Source of the DNA: Amphiscolops sp. MND2022
Taxonomy: Eukaryota
Direction: 5' to 3'
NCBI GenBank assembly: GCA_964187785.1
Contig: OZ076412.1
Span: 25,048,001 to 25,112,000, forward strand
DNA: 64,000 nucleotides
A model generated the notes under the pieces. The model worked only from the letters and a program-made list of their open reading frames with translations. It was not told where the DNA came from and did no database searches. The translations under genes and the position numbers were made by a program. This document shows positions 24,975-36,883 of the stretch, piece after piece (within the stretch, counting starts at the first letter, position 1; every line of letters begins with the position of its first letter).

Positions 24975-27900
24975 CTATCGAAAAAAGCAATAACAGTTTC
25001 TGAAAAATATATCAAATTTAAAACAATTTTTTGCTGTGTAGTATGTGTAGTCCAGGATAGTAGAATTTCAATTATTGAGTTGAAAAAATGTTAAACTTGG
25101 AATGGTTCAATAAAAATTTTTTAAAATAAATTTTTAAAATAAACAAGATTATTTGTTGAGTAACAGAGACAATGTTTCATGTCATGCTTGCTAGCAAGAT
25201 ATTCTATGATAATACAGTGTGTGGACTGTGGATGGTATATAGTACCAGTTTCGTTATCAGAATATCTGTTCAAGTATATTTGTGTGAACTATTTCCCAAG
25301 TCTTCACCTGGGTTATTGCGACAAGTAACAGGACGCATAACACCACTTGGGTCATCTTGGAGCAGCTGCGGGCACAGACAGAAAAGCAATTCATTCTTGA
25401 GCAGCGGTGAATTGTTCAATCCTGAAAATGGCCGTTAAATCTATATAATATCTTCTCTGAAAACTTTTATAGTTTCTGCCCTATTTCCCCATGCGAGAAG
25501 ATATTTTCAAGCTCAGCCGCATTTCCCCCTCATTTTGCCATGTTTCAAAAAATTTTTTACAATTTTGTACTCAAATATTGAGGTTTTTTAGTGAATTCAC
25601 TCACATACCATAAGATTGGGTCCATATAAAAAGTATTTGTGAAGATGCCTTTTGAAAAGCGCCTGGAAAAAATGGGGAAATAAACCAGAACCGCAAAATT
25701 TTTAGTATTTTCGAGCGCTTCCTTGAAAATTTTTGTGGGCATGACTATCCAGAGAGCTCAGCTAAAAGAAGTTAGCTGTTTCGCGTAACTTTAAAAAGCA
25801 ACTTTTTTAAATTCAAAAAAGTCCCAAATTGCTCATTAAAAGCTTTAAAATTTGGCCGTTTTATCCAACTTTGGTAAAATTTTTGAATGTTTTTGTGGAT
25901 ATGATTAAAATGATATAAAAATTTCTATTGGAATGATAAAAAATTTCTAGCGACCTAAGAAACTTTTCTATAGAGAAATTTGAGATTTTTCATTTTAAAA
26001 AGACCAAATTGGCCACAGGAGCAAAAAAGAAAAAAAGTTTTACGCAATCTTCGAAAATTTTAGTCTGTATCCACAGGGCTTAACTACAAAACAGTTGGTT
26101 ATCCAGCATACCTTTCTTCAGAATTTATGCCTAAATCAAACAGAATTGCCTGAAATGAAGAATATGCCTAAAATGCACCCATTAGACACGAAAAAGAATA
26201 TTTTAGGCTTAAATTGATTGGCTTAGTGTTCAGCGGGCGTCTTGTAGAGGTGTCAATCGATTTTTCAGCAAATGGCCATTTTTCAATTTTTTTTAAAAAT
26301 CCACTTTTTGAAACCTTTTTCGTATTAGGATCTTGAATGTCCATGAAAGAAGGTAGCAAATAGTTTCAACGAAAAAACCATTTCTTATTGGAATGTTTTG
26401 CTTTTTTAAAATTTCTATCAACGAAGACAGGATTTAATAAAACTTGAGGGATTGAAAATACATCGACAAAATTGGAAACTTGATAAATCCTTATTTTCAA
26501 ATTTTCAACTCAAATCGGTATTAGAAGCTTACTACCAGTCATAAAAGATTTCTCGAATGCTTCATTATAAATAACAAAAGAATGTATGAAAAGAGCTAAA
26601 ATCATTATCTTAGTACATACAACAGTTCGAACAAAGATTGAAGTAGTAAACTTTTTCAGCAGTTTTTCCTTTCTGGTTAATAATTAATGGTGGAAATATA
26701 TGTCGGAGCAAAACTGACAATGATTTTTGAATTCAATGAAAAAAACTTTGGCGATGATTGCTTCAGTCAAAGCTTGTGTTTCTTAGCTTTGATATTTTAT
26801 CTCTAGTATCTTGTTTTTGAATGTTCGAATAAAAATGATAACTTACTATGTTTCCGTTTTTGTAGATTTTTTTTGTGATTGTTGTGTTTCGTTCGAAGCG
26901 TCTGCCTGGAAATCAGCAGAGAGACTGCGATTTGCGAATTTCGCAGGATAGAGAGAAGAATCAAGAAGAAACGACTGTTGGTTGGCTGTGGGAAATAATA
27001 AATGGTATTTTATGGCAAGTTTTTAAAGACCCTTTATTAACATAAAAAGCGACACACTGAAATTACAGAAGAAAAGCTTCACGTTGCTAGATAATTTTAT
27101 TCCCGATTTGAAAGTGCTAATATTTCCATAAATCATTCCACGGAGTCATTTTACACGGAATGTATTCACTTAATATGAATCAATATATACTTCCACGGTT
27201 CAATATACTCAATGTATATACTTTAGTGTATATAACCCCTTCGTTTCTGATAGGTCCGGTCGGTGTAATAACCCCGACTATTAGTATTTAACAGAAGTTT
27301 TAACTAACCCGGTTTATATTATTAGCAAATCAGATGGCGTTGCTTGCCAATTGTGGAAACAGAGGGAAAATAAAACAAAAGTGAATAATTTAGAAGTGAA
27401 GCGAAAAAAATGAAATGAACAATTTTATTCTCAGCGTAGAATCTACCTAGATTAGATTATAACCGAGGTAATAACAAAAAGGTTTTATCAGCTTGGAATT
27501 GAGTCTGAAAAAGTTTAAGGTATTGAAACGGTGTTTGAAAAAGAGGCTAACAATAGCAATAATGATACGACAAATAACAATTATTATTTCCCCCAAATAC
27601 GGTCCTTTTCAATAGAAGTTGGGCGGATACCCCGGAATGATTTTTCCCTCTAATATAATTTGCCGCAGTTGTTCACACAGCTTCCCAGCGGTTTTTGTAG
27701 CCTCGAAATGGGAAAAACTAAGAAAACAATCTTTTTCACTTTCACCCTCGCACAAAGGAAACACCCCCTAGGAAAATAATCTGGAAATAATGACGCAACG
27801 CCGCCAGCAGTTCCTTAAAAAGTTCATTTTTCAGAGAACGAAGTGCGCAATGGTGCTTGAAGCTTGTACGTTACACAAATTGTGACAAATTATCGCGACA

Positions 27901-29360
27901 CAGAATTGCGACACTTGAAGAAAAAGCACTTGACTTATTTAGTAGAAGCTCCCCGGTTGACTATTCACTCCGGAAAGGTGACTAAAATGGAATAAAAATA
28001 CAGAATTCAAAATTTCAGGAGGTTAAATGTACCTTAATTAGAGAGAGGTTATTTTTCCCTAAATGGAAATCCACAAATTTACCTACACACGAATGGGACT
28101 GATCCATGAATTTTTTTCCGATTTTGTCAGAAAAAAAATGAATCAATGGTGATTTTCTGACAAAACAAAAATCCCAAAATTGTCTTACCAATCTGTAGAA
28201 GAGTGAGGCTATAACAGACGATGAAAATGGAAAGATGAAAGTGAGAGACTAGAAAGATACTTCCATATAAAACTATATATCACTTGTATAAATTGTTTCT
28301 TCTATTTTAGCTCCTTTTAGATCAGCATGCCAACCCACAAGCACTTTGGAGGGATTTAAAATGGATTTGAGGCCTTTTAGAGGAGATAAATTTTGTGAAA
28401 AAATCGCTCCCGCCGATTCGGTTCAAAGGAAGGTATTATTTTCAGAGAAAAATTCCATAGGGATGACAATTTTTAGGGAAAATTGATGGATTACTTGTAG
28501 TTGATAAAAGTTCTTTTTTGAGAATCTTCTCACCCTATAAATGCTGAACAGAGTTCGCAAGGTTCCTGAAATAGTAGATACGAATTGCATTTCCAGAGAA
28601 TCCAAATTGCACTTCCAGAAAGTCAAAACTGGAATTTTAATGTCACGATTTCAGCAATTAATATAGAATTGTGGGACATTGTGGAACAGTTAGATCGGTT
28701 TTTAGTAAACTCGGTGTTTTTATCACTCGATAATGATATTGAGCTGCTTTCATTTGTCATTCATGTGTGGACTCTATGATAGCAACCCTACGATGACGAC
28801 TTATACTCTACAGAGGAACACGGCGCCGTTCATTCAACGACAGTGATGACTGGTGCTCCATTTTAACAGCCCAACTGCCCACTTGACAGGGACGTCAAGC
28901 ATAGACCCCGGAGAGTGTGTAACGACCACTCAGCATTTGAAAATTTCGTTCAAGGGGCAGGTTTTGACAATTTTGGTCATATTCTGCTGATCGCTTCCGT
29001 TTCTTCAAAAAAGACCTGCCAGCTGAATCAAAGAGGCCCAGAGCGACAGAGTGCGAGACCCAGACCAGCTGTACGAAGACGAAAAAAAACGAATCGAGAA
29101 AGTGCGAAACAGGCCAGAAAACAGACTCAATTTTGCTAATTAGGCCAATACGGACTTCTGTTTCAACCAGCGCTATCTTTGGCAAGTTGCTTCTAATTGT
29201 TGCAATTACTTGAAATGAGTCTGTTCGCTTAAACAAGCATCCGTGCATCTCTTCCCCTCTAATTGTTGCCTTGCCATATTCATTGTGCCGTAAAATACCA
29301 ATTATCTTGATGATTTAGCTCGTGAGCTACTTTTTCACAATCTGTGACGAAGAAATTCAC

Positions 29361-29489
29361 CTTTGCCATCATCGTCGTTTTGAAAGGCTATCTGAGTGGT
29401 GATTTTGAAAGAAAAGCGTAATTCACGGTACCAATAGCAATTAAAGTCTGCACCAGGTCGACGAACACTCCACGCGAGGCGGAATCCTA
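29361..29489 (-). CDS. Putative exon of host gene A (GFRLAWSVRRPGAD...QNDDDGK)
   Basis: cacAG acceptor, GTGAAT donor, 129 nt, phase 1 to 1. Confidence 0.45.
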
Positions 29490-29569
29490 CTGTGACGGGG
29501 CAGTTTTTACTCGAAGGAGGCAAAATGGACTAATGGCTGTGGGCGCCTGTCCCGGGCAAATACCCATAC

Positions 29570-29638
29570 CATCTGCTCCTCCATCTTTATAGCTGAGCTG
29601 CGGCAATGGTGAGAGCTTGCCGTTACAATTCATAGACA
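29570..29638 (-). CDS. Putative exon of host gene A (SMNCNGKLSPLPQLSYKDGGAD)
   Basis: tgttgttcAG acceptor, GTATGG donor, 69 nt, phase 1 to 1. Confidence 0.4.
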
Positions 29639-29655
29639 CTGAACAACAGTGAACG

Positions 29656-30310
29656 AACAAGCCGGGAACTGCCAAAGTCGACGGTATACCTAAGGCTCAA
29701 AAAGCGCACTTTTTCTATTGTTTATTCGAAGCGTTTTTCAAGAAAAACTCAAAACAAAGTTTCGAAACACTTTCGAAAATCCCAAACGACCAATCTGGCG
29801 CGCTGGGCGCCCGCTAGTCATGGCCCCTGGGACGCTAAAAAGTGGGTCCATTTGGGATTTTGTAACATACTTCCAGTTGCTAAATATCAAAAAAATTGGA
29901 ACGGGACCCTCTGGAGGCTTTGAAAATTTTTCGAAAAAAAGCAAAAAATGAAAACTTAACTTCGAACAGTCTCACAGTGCCAAAAAACGTAAAGGGGGAC
30001 CCTTTGGGATTTTCTAACATCCATTTAGTTGCAAGATATTTAAAAAATGAAGGGGCCCTTTGGTGCAATAAAAAAATTTCCCAAAAAAAGTCTCATAGAA
30101 AAACTCAAAATTAATAACACAGAAGGGGCCCTTTGGTATCTTTTCGAAAGTAACGACGTTGGTTTTGTTTTGGACGAGTTTCTGACGTTTCAAGTATGTT
30201 TTGGACATTCGTAGTTCAAGTTGAACAAATGAACAGAATCGTGGACCTTACGCGTATTAAAAAACTACCAACTGTAAGAGTCGGTCCCTTTTCTGCAAAA
30301 GCGCCGACTA
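29656..30310 (-). mobile_element. HINE-A copy with both termini
   Basis: AACAAGCCGGGAAC..AAGTCGAC at left; hairpin AGTCGG..CTTTT..AAAAGCGCCGACTA at 30279-30310. Confidence 0.65.
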
Positions 30311-31450
30311 GAAATAGCCTGATTACGCTTGAAAAACCACAGCTTGTATAAACCACAATTAACCTGAGGTTTCTCAGGCAAAAACCTCGGTTTCTTCGAG
30401 CATCGGAACATTCAACGACAAACTAGACATGCTGAGAATTAGCATAACTTAGTCAGCAATTACAGACAATTGATGAACTTACTGTGTATCCTTGAACTCA
30501 AGTGTCAAATTCTACCTTAAATTTAAAAACTTTATCACAATTTGTTTTTGACAATTAGGCTTGATTTTACTGCAATTGATTAGATTGAATGTCCGTTGTG
30601 CAAAAAAATAGGGAATAAAAAGGAAACTCTCCATTACTTTTCAAAATTACCTAGGTTTATTTCCTTTTGACCCTAGTATAAAAATGCTCTTTTGCAGAAC
30701 AAACTTGCTTCTTTTTGACTAGTTTTATCCCTATACTGACAATATCATTACCTGGTAATCTAGTAAGTGTTTGCCTCAATTAGTGATGTGACTGCAAACG
30801 AAACTGGACCAATTGCTTTTGTATTTAACCAAACGAAAAAGCTACATGAATTTGTGCATTTTTGCATGGTAGCCTCGTCTATTTTTTATGTGACATCCCT
30901 CGTCTATGGAGACTTTCTGACTCATTTTGATTTTGAAAAGTAGTTGGAAGGAATGGTTAAACTTTACACATACTATACAAGAACTTATATCGACTTGACC
31001 AGAAAGAAGCCACCTGATGTTGATGATAGTGGTCGTCACACGATTAGGGAAATGTATGATTCACACGTGAAACAAGTGTTTGCATAAAAAAGTTAATCTC
31101 AAGAAAGTTTTTCTATTGAAATTTTCCATGTTTGTAATTACATGAAACTTTCAAAGACATAAATCTATTTCCACCTAAAAGCTTTCTTGCTGTTGAAAAA
31201 GAAGCTCGACGTTTCTATCATGACATTATCTAACTCGCAGAAAAAAGCTCATTTGTGTATTATTAGCGAAACTTGTTCTAAGGTCTCACAACTTAATCGA
31301 AACACTCTTTTGACTAATTTTATGAGGGGACTGGGTTTTACAAAACTCCTCGCTTCTTTTCCACACAGTAAATTGCCACATTGAGTACTCAAAAAGGAAC
31401 GCCACTTTTATTTTCCACTTTATTAACTCAAAGCTTAGACTCAAAACATG

Positions 31451-33790
31451 AGACCTTCTAGAACATTAAGGATCCAATTGTTCTGGTAGTCCTCTGACCA
31501 TTTAACGATCCTCATTTTCGTCCGATAGGTGATATCAAGGTTTCTTAACTCCTTTCATGTTGAAAAATTCTTAATAATTTTGATTCAACTTTTCATCACA
31601 TTACAAGATGATTTCGACTTAACCGTAAGTCCAACTGAGATTTTTCAAGTTTTGTCACAATATTCCTCTTATTTTGACAAAAACTGCTACAATTAAGGGG
31701 GTTAATTGAACTCTTGCATTCTATGCTACAAAAACTCTTGGCTAACTTTTATTTACACTAGTTATTATTTACACTAGCAAAAAGAAGAAAGAAGAAAGTT
31801 AGTTCTCCAATTCCGCGGGGTGGACGCTGAATAAGCATTCTCCTTTTCTAAGTCGGCACCCTCTGGGATGCTATCATACTATCATGTCCACATAGCAACC
31901 CGGGTTGACCCTTCATGGATATCTCAGTAAGACCTTGGCAAGATATTGCCAAGAGTTGTAAGATGCCATTGTAAGATCTTATCAAGACAGTCATGCTTCC
32001 AAGAAAAATCTTACCAAGAAGCCCAATATGGAAGGAAAAATCCTTCTGAGAAGTCCAATATGGCAAGAAAAATTTATCACCAACTGCTTGATTTCGAGAA
32101 AAAGCAGAATCAGAGAAGCAATAAATTTAAGTTTTGGAAAAATAACCTAGAAATCACTCAAAACAAAGTAAAACACTGGATGATTTTTACAACCACTACA
32201 AAAACATGAAAACTCACTGATTTAATTCTAACACCACCGGAATAACATCTGAAAAATACTAAAATTACCTGAAAATTACTGGAAGAAGATCTAAAAGCAC
32301 TGGCATAAGAACTACAACCTCTGGAATATCTATAAATCACAAGAAGAGAATCTAAAAATCACTGGATTTCTTCAATCTTCAAAAGAATTCTGGACGGGAA
32401 TAATATCTAAAGGGAATAAGATCTGAAATCACCAAATTTTAGATCTTCACTCCTTTCTTAAAAATAAGATTCGAAGGGAATAAGATCTAAAATTCTAGAA
32501 CTTATTCCCTTTGAAAGCTAGTGATTTTGCAAAAAAACTCAATATTTATACCATATTCCCTTCTGAAATCAAGGTCAAGGCTGAAAAATTGCGTAAAGAC
32601 ATGGCAGAAAAATTAACATCAGACCTTCTAGAACATTAAGGATCCAATTGTTCTGGTAGTCCTCTGACCATTTAACGATCCTCATTTTCGTCTGATAGGT
32701 GATATCAAGGTTTCTTAACTCCTTTCATGTTGAAAAATTCTTAATAATTTTGATTCAACCTTTCATCACATTACAAGATGATTTCGACTTAACCGTAAGT
32801 CCAACTGAGATTTTTCAAGTTTTGTCACAATATTCCTCTTATTTTGACAAAAACTGCTACAATTAAGGGGGTTAATTGAACTCTTGCATTCTATGCTACA
32901 AAAACTCTTGGCTAACTTTTATTTACACTAGTTATTATTTACACTAGCAAAAAGAAGAAAGAAGAAAGTTAGTTCCCCAATTCCGCGGGGTGGACGCTTA
33001 ATAAGCATTCTCCTTTTCTAAGTCGGCACCCTCTGGGATGCTATCATACTATCATGTCCACATAGCAACCCGGGTTGACCCTTCATGGATATCTCAGTAA
33101 GACCTTGGCAAGATATTGCCAAGAGTTGTAAGATGCCATTGTAAGATCTTATCAAGACAGTCATGCTTCCAAGAAAAATCTTACCAAGAAGCCCAATATG
33201 GAAGGAAAAATCCTTCTGAGAAGTCCAATATGGCAAGAAAAATTTATCACCAACTGCTTGATTTCGAGAAAAAGCAGAATCAGAGAAGCAATAAATTTAA
33301 GTTTTGGAAAAATAACCTAGAAATCACTCAAAACAAAGTAAAACACTGGATGATTTTTACAACCACTACAAAAACATGAAAACTCACTGATTTAATTCTA
33401 ACACCACCGGAATAACATCTGAAAAATACTAAAATTACCTGAAAATTACTGGAAGAAGATCTAAAAGCACTGGCATAAGAACTACAACCTCTGGAATATC
33501 TATAAATCACAAGAAGAGAATCTAAAAATCACTGGATTTCTTCAATCTTCAAAAGAATTCTGGACGGGAATAATATCTAAAGGGAATAAGATCTGAAATC
33601 ACCAAATTTTAGATCTTATTCCCCTTTCTTAAAAATAAGATTCGAAGGGAATAAGATCTAAAATTCTGGAACTTATTCCCTTTGAAAGCTAGTGATTTTG
33701 CAAAAAAAACTCATTATTTATACCATATTCCCTTCTGAAATCAAGGTCAAGGCTGAAAAATTGCGTAAAGACATGGCAGAAAAATTAGCA
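31451..33790. repeat. 1170-bp tandem duplication (31451-32620 / 32621-33790)
   Basis: Identical ORF triplets offset by exactly 1170 (31848/33018, 31946/33116, 32158/33328); about 10 differences. Confidence 0.97.
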
Positions 33791-33988
33791 TACGAATGTG
33801 AACATTTTTGAAACTCTTCATCGAAATTTTGAAATCTTAGATTTTTTTCTATCTTCGTAAAATTCGATCTTGGGATAATGATACATTTGGTAAGATCTTA
33901 GTAAGAATCTTGCCATGGGATCCATGGTTGCCAAGATGTAATAAGAATTTGGCAAGATGCTGGTAAGAGGGTCAAGCCGTGAATCTAT

Positions 33989-34263
33989 GGTACCATATTT
34001 GCAGCCAAGTGGTCAAGTAATGGTGGACTTAATGCTCTGGTATCAAAGTGACTTGCTCGATGTCACAAAGGTCTGACTGCTCACCGTTGCCCTTTTTATT
34101 TTTTCATTTCTCCTCCAAATGCGTTATTTTCGGTCACTGACCATGCCACTAAGCTAGGCATGAAGGACTTGCTTAAAGCTCAACAATGGTGAGTTGAGAG
34201 AGATTCGAACCTGTTATCGCCCCAGTTCAGGACAAATGCTCTAACCACTACACCATGCTCCCC
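33989..34263 (-). mobile_element. tRNA-derived SINE-like element
   Basis: Minus strand reads GCATGGTGTAGTGGTTAGAGC (A-box) ... GGTTCGAATCTC (B-box); body shared with 1901-2020 and 55657-55826; acceptor stem does not close. Confidence 0.65.
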
Positions 34264-35848
34264 TACTATACCATGCAAAATCGCATTTTGCAAACAAAAT
34301 CCCTCTCACCTAGCTGGTAAGAGAGTTGGGTAGGTAACTAAAGGACTGTCGCTTTGCTGCTGAGAATATTGGAGTGGCTATCAAAAAACTGCAGTATCAT
34401 GATTATAAAAATTTATATGGTCAAACAAGTGGCCTTACAATATAATTTCAGCTGACGTAAATTTAATAAAAATTTGTTTTTAATTTCGTTTTTTTTTTGA
34501 AAAATTATTATCAAGCCGGCAATGCCACTATTTCAATTTTAAGACGGTGATGCTTTGCGTAAGCAAGAAATGTATTGTAACGATGAATGACGTTGAAACC
34601 TCGAATTTTTGTCAAAACAAGGTACGTAAACAAAAAATACAGCTATCTCAGCAACGATAGCAAATTGATCTTTCTATGACATCTACAGAACTTGTTTTGC
34701 GTTCGGGGGCTTGGGAAGATCTCTGGTGTCGACCTTCACAATTTTATCATGTGTTGGAAAATTAAAAACGTAGTTCAACCACCTTTCAATGTTTCGTTCA
34801 CTGACGTTAATTTCACTAAATTGTTTATATAACACAAATGAATGCTTTAATCATCGTCGAATTTAATTTGACCAACTTAAGAGACTAAATAATCATCGAC
34901 TCAAGACTGTAAACTTCAAGAAAAACTGCTCTAAAGATGTATTTGATTTTCATTCAAGTTTTTGCATTTTCGCATTTTCTTACTTTTTAGTCACGAATTA
35001 AATTTGAATATTCACATTTGAATTCTACGAAATTAGCGCCGGACTTGATTGAATTGAAGGCTTGCAAGCCTTGAGCGCTTGGTTGAATCCATTTGAAAAG
35101 GTAAATGCCGAGATAACAAAATTTCTATTCAAAAGAGGCGGTCAATCTGTTCGCTTTTCATTTTAATTGACCGAGTTCATCTGACAGCTATTCATAAATT
35201 ACCTTCTTTGGAAATTCACTCTGAAGTTATTTTCATCAGCAATGCAAAATAATTAAGAGCTTCCGATGTTACAAAAAGTGAATTTGAAAAACGTATCGTT
35301 TCAAATCGACTTTTCGTAACATCGGAAGTTCGTAATTATCTTGCATTACTGATGAAAATATGCATATTTGCATTCATTGCCCGAATAAACCCAGTATTCT
35401 GCGTTTTAAAAAGAGACTGAACTTTTTTTTTCAAATGATCTTCATGCCAACACTTTTTATTTCTAAGGATAAATAAATCTTACTGAAGAGACAAATGTTT
35501 GCAAATTCCTGAGACGGACAAAAAATGATCTGGTCACATTAAAACCAATCTTGGGACGAATTTTTTGGCCAAGTTTCAAGGGTAAAATTATGATGGAAAA
35601 CAGTAAATTTCCATGCAAACAAAAATTTAAAAAGAATGTCTTGCAATTGGCCGTTTTGTCACTTCAGGTTTTTTTGTGTCTCCCAAAACTGTAAGTATAG
35701 CCTTCATACAACTAATAGTAAGTAAACTTGGTAAATTGGGTGTGACAGCGGATAGAGGAGATAAGGTTCAAGACTATATATAGAAATTGAAGTCCAAGAA
35801 AAATTGAATTATTCTGAATAGTGAAATCCTTTGAAGAATTTGTTTTAC

Positions 35849-35952
35849 GTCTCGGCCTTTCTTCTTTTGGGGCTTTTCGCGCTCCTTTAAGTCTGTCTTC
35901 GTCAAAACCAGCCACTAGACCGGTTGTATCAAATTGCTCCTGCATTAATGCA
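35849..35952 (-). CDS. Putative exon of host gene A (ALMQEQFDTTGLVAGFDEDRLKGARKAPKEERPR)
   Basis: Strong acceptor aattccttcAG, donor GTAAAA, 104 nt, phase 2 to 1. Confidence 0.5.
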
Positions 35953-36383
35953 CTGAAGGAATTAGGTATAAGACAGTGACAGATCGCAATAGCCTACTTT
36001 GGATTAATTTTCAGTCAAAACTTTGGAATGTTCTTTACCTTCATGTTAAACATTATCATCAAATCATTAAGTGTTGAAGGTCCAAAAAAACATGTGGTAT
36101 ATACAGAGTTTGGTGAACTTTCTGCTATTCCAATGTCTAGACTATTGACCGGTTTCTACTTGATATTAATTAAACTGATGTCTCACAAGCTTGGTCATTT
36201 GAGGTTGATTAGATTTATGGACCGTTTTATAAAGTTTGCGAGACTAGGTACCAGTCACAATATGGGGCTGCAAGTCGTATTGGGGTTTTGGTCGCGAACT
36301 TTTTAAAACGGTCTACACATACTGTTTTGCAAAGATACATGCTGTCATTGCAAACTTTACTGGCAATGGCGAACGAAACATCT

Positions 36384-36883
36384 AACAAGACGGGAACGTC
36401 TAAAGTCGGCGCCATATCTAAGGCTCAAAAAGCGCAAAAGATTTTTTTTGGAAAAAAACTGAAATTTTTGAAAATTTTTTTTTCTTTCAAAAAAAGTCGC
36501 ATAGTGCCGAAAAATGTAAAAGGGGGACCCTTCTGGATTTATTAACATACATTCCGTTGCAAAATATCAAAAAACTCGAAGGGGGGACCCTTTGGGGACA
36601 AAAAAAATTTTCGAAAAAAAGTCGCACAGTGCCGAAAAAAACTCAAAGGGGGGACCCTATAGTCTCATCCTGTTTTGTATCTTACGATAAAAATGGACTT
36701 ACTGAAAGGGGGGACCCTTTGCACTATCTCAAATGCGCTGCCAGTATTTTAGTAGTACTGTAATTAGTAGTTTAACGTTAATTTAAACGTTCGTCGCTTC
36801 GAGTCTGTCTTAAATAAAAAAAAAAGAAAAAAAAACGAGTGACTGTAATAGTCGGGCTCTTTTCTTAAGAAAAGCGCCGACTA
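36384..36883 (-). mobile_element. Complete ~500-bp HINE-A (non-autonomous Helentron-like) copy
   Basis: Stem-loop AGACG-GGAA-CGTCT plus subTIR AGTCGGCGC at one end; hairpin TAGTCGGGCTCTTTTCTTAAGAAAAGCGCCGACTA at the other; absent without TSD from units B-D. Confidence 0.8.

Noticed and set aside
28895-29248. GC-richer ORFs as a further exon
   Set aside because: The best acceptor read in phase 1 hits TGA after 13 codons; the other frames are unsupported
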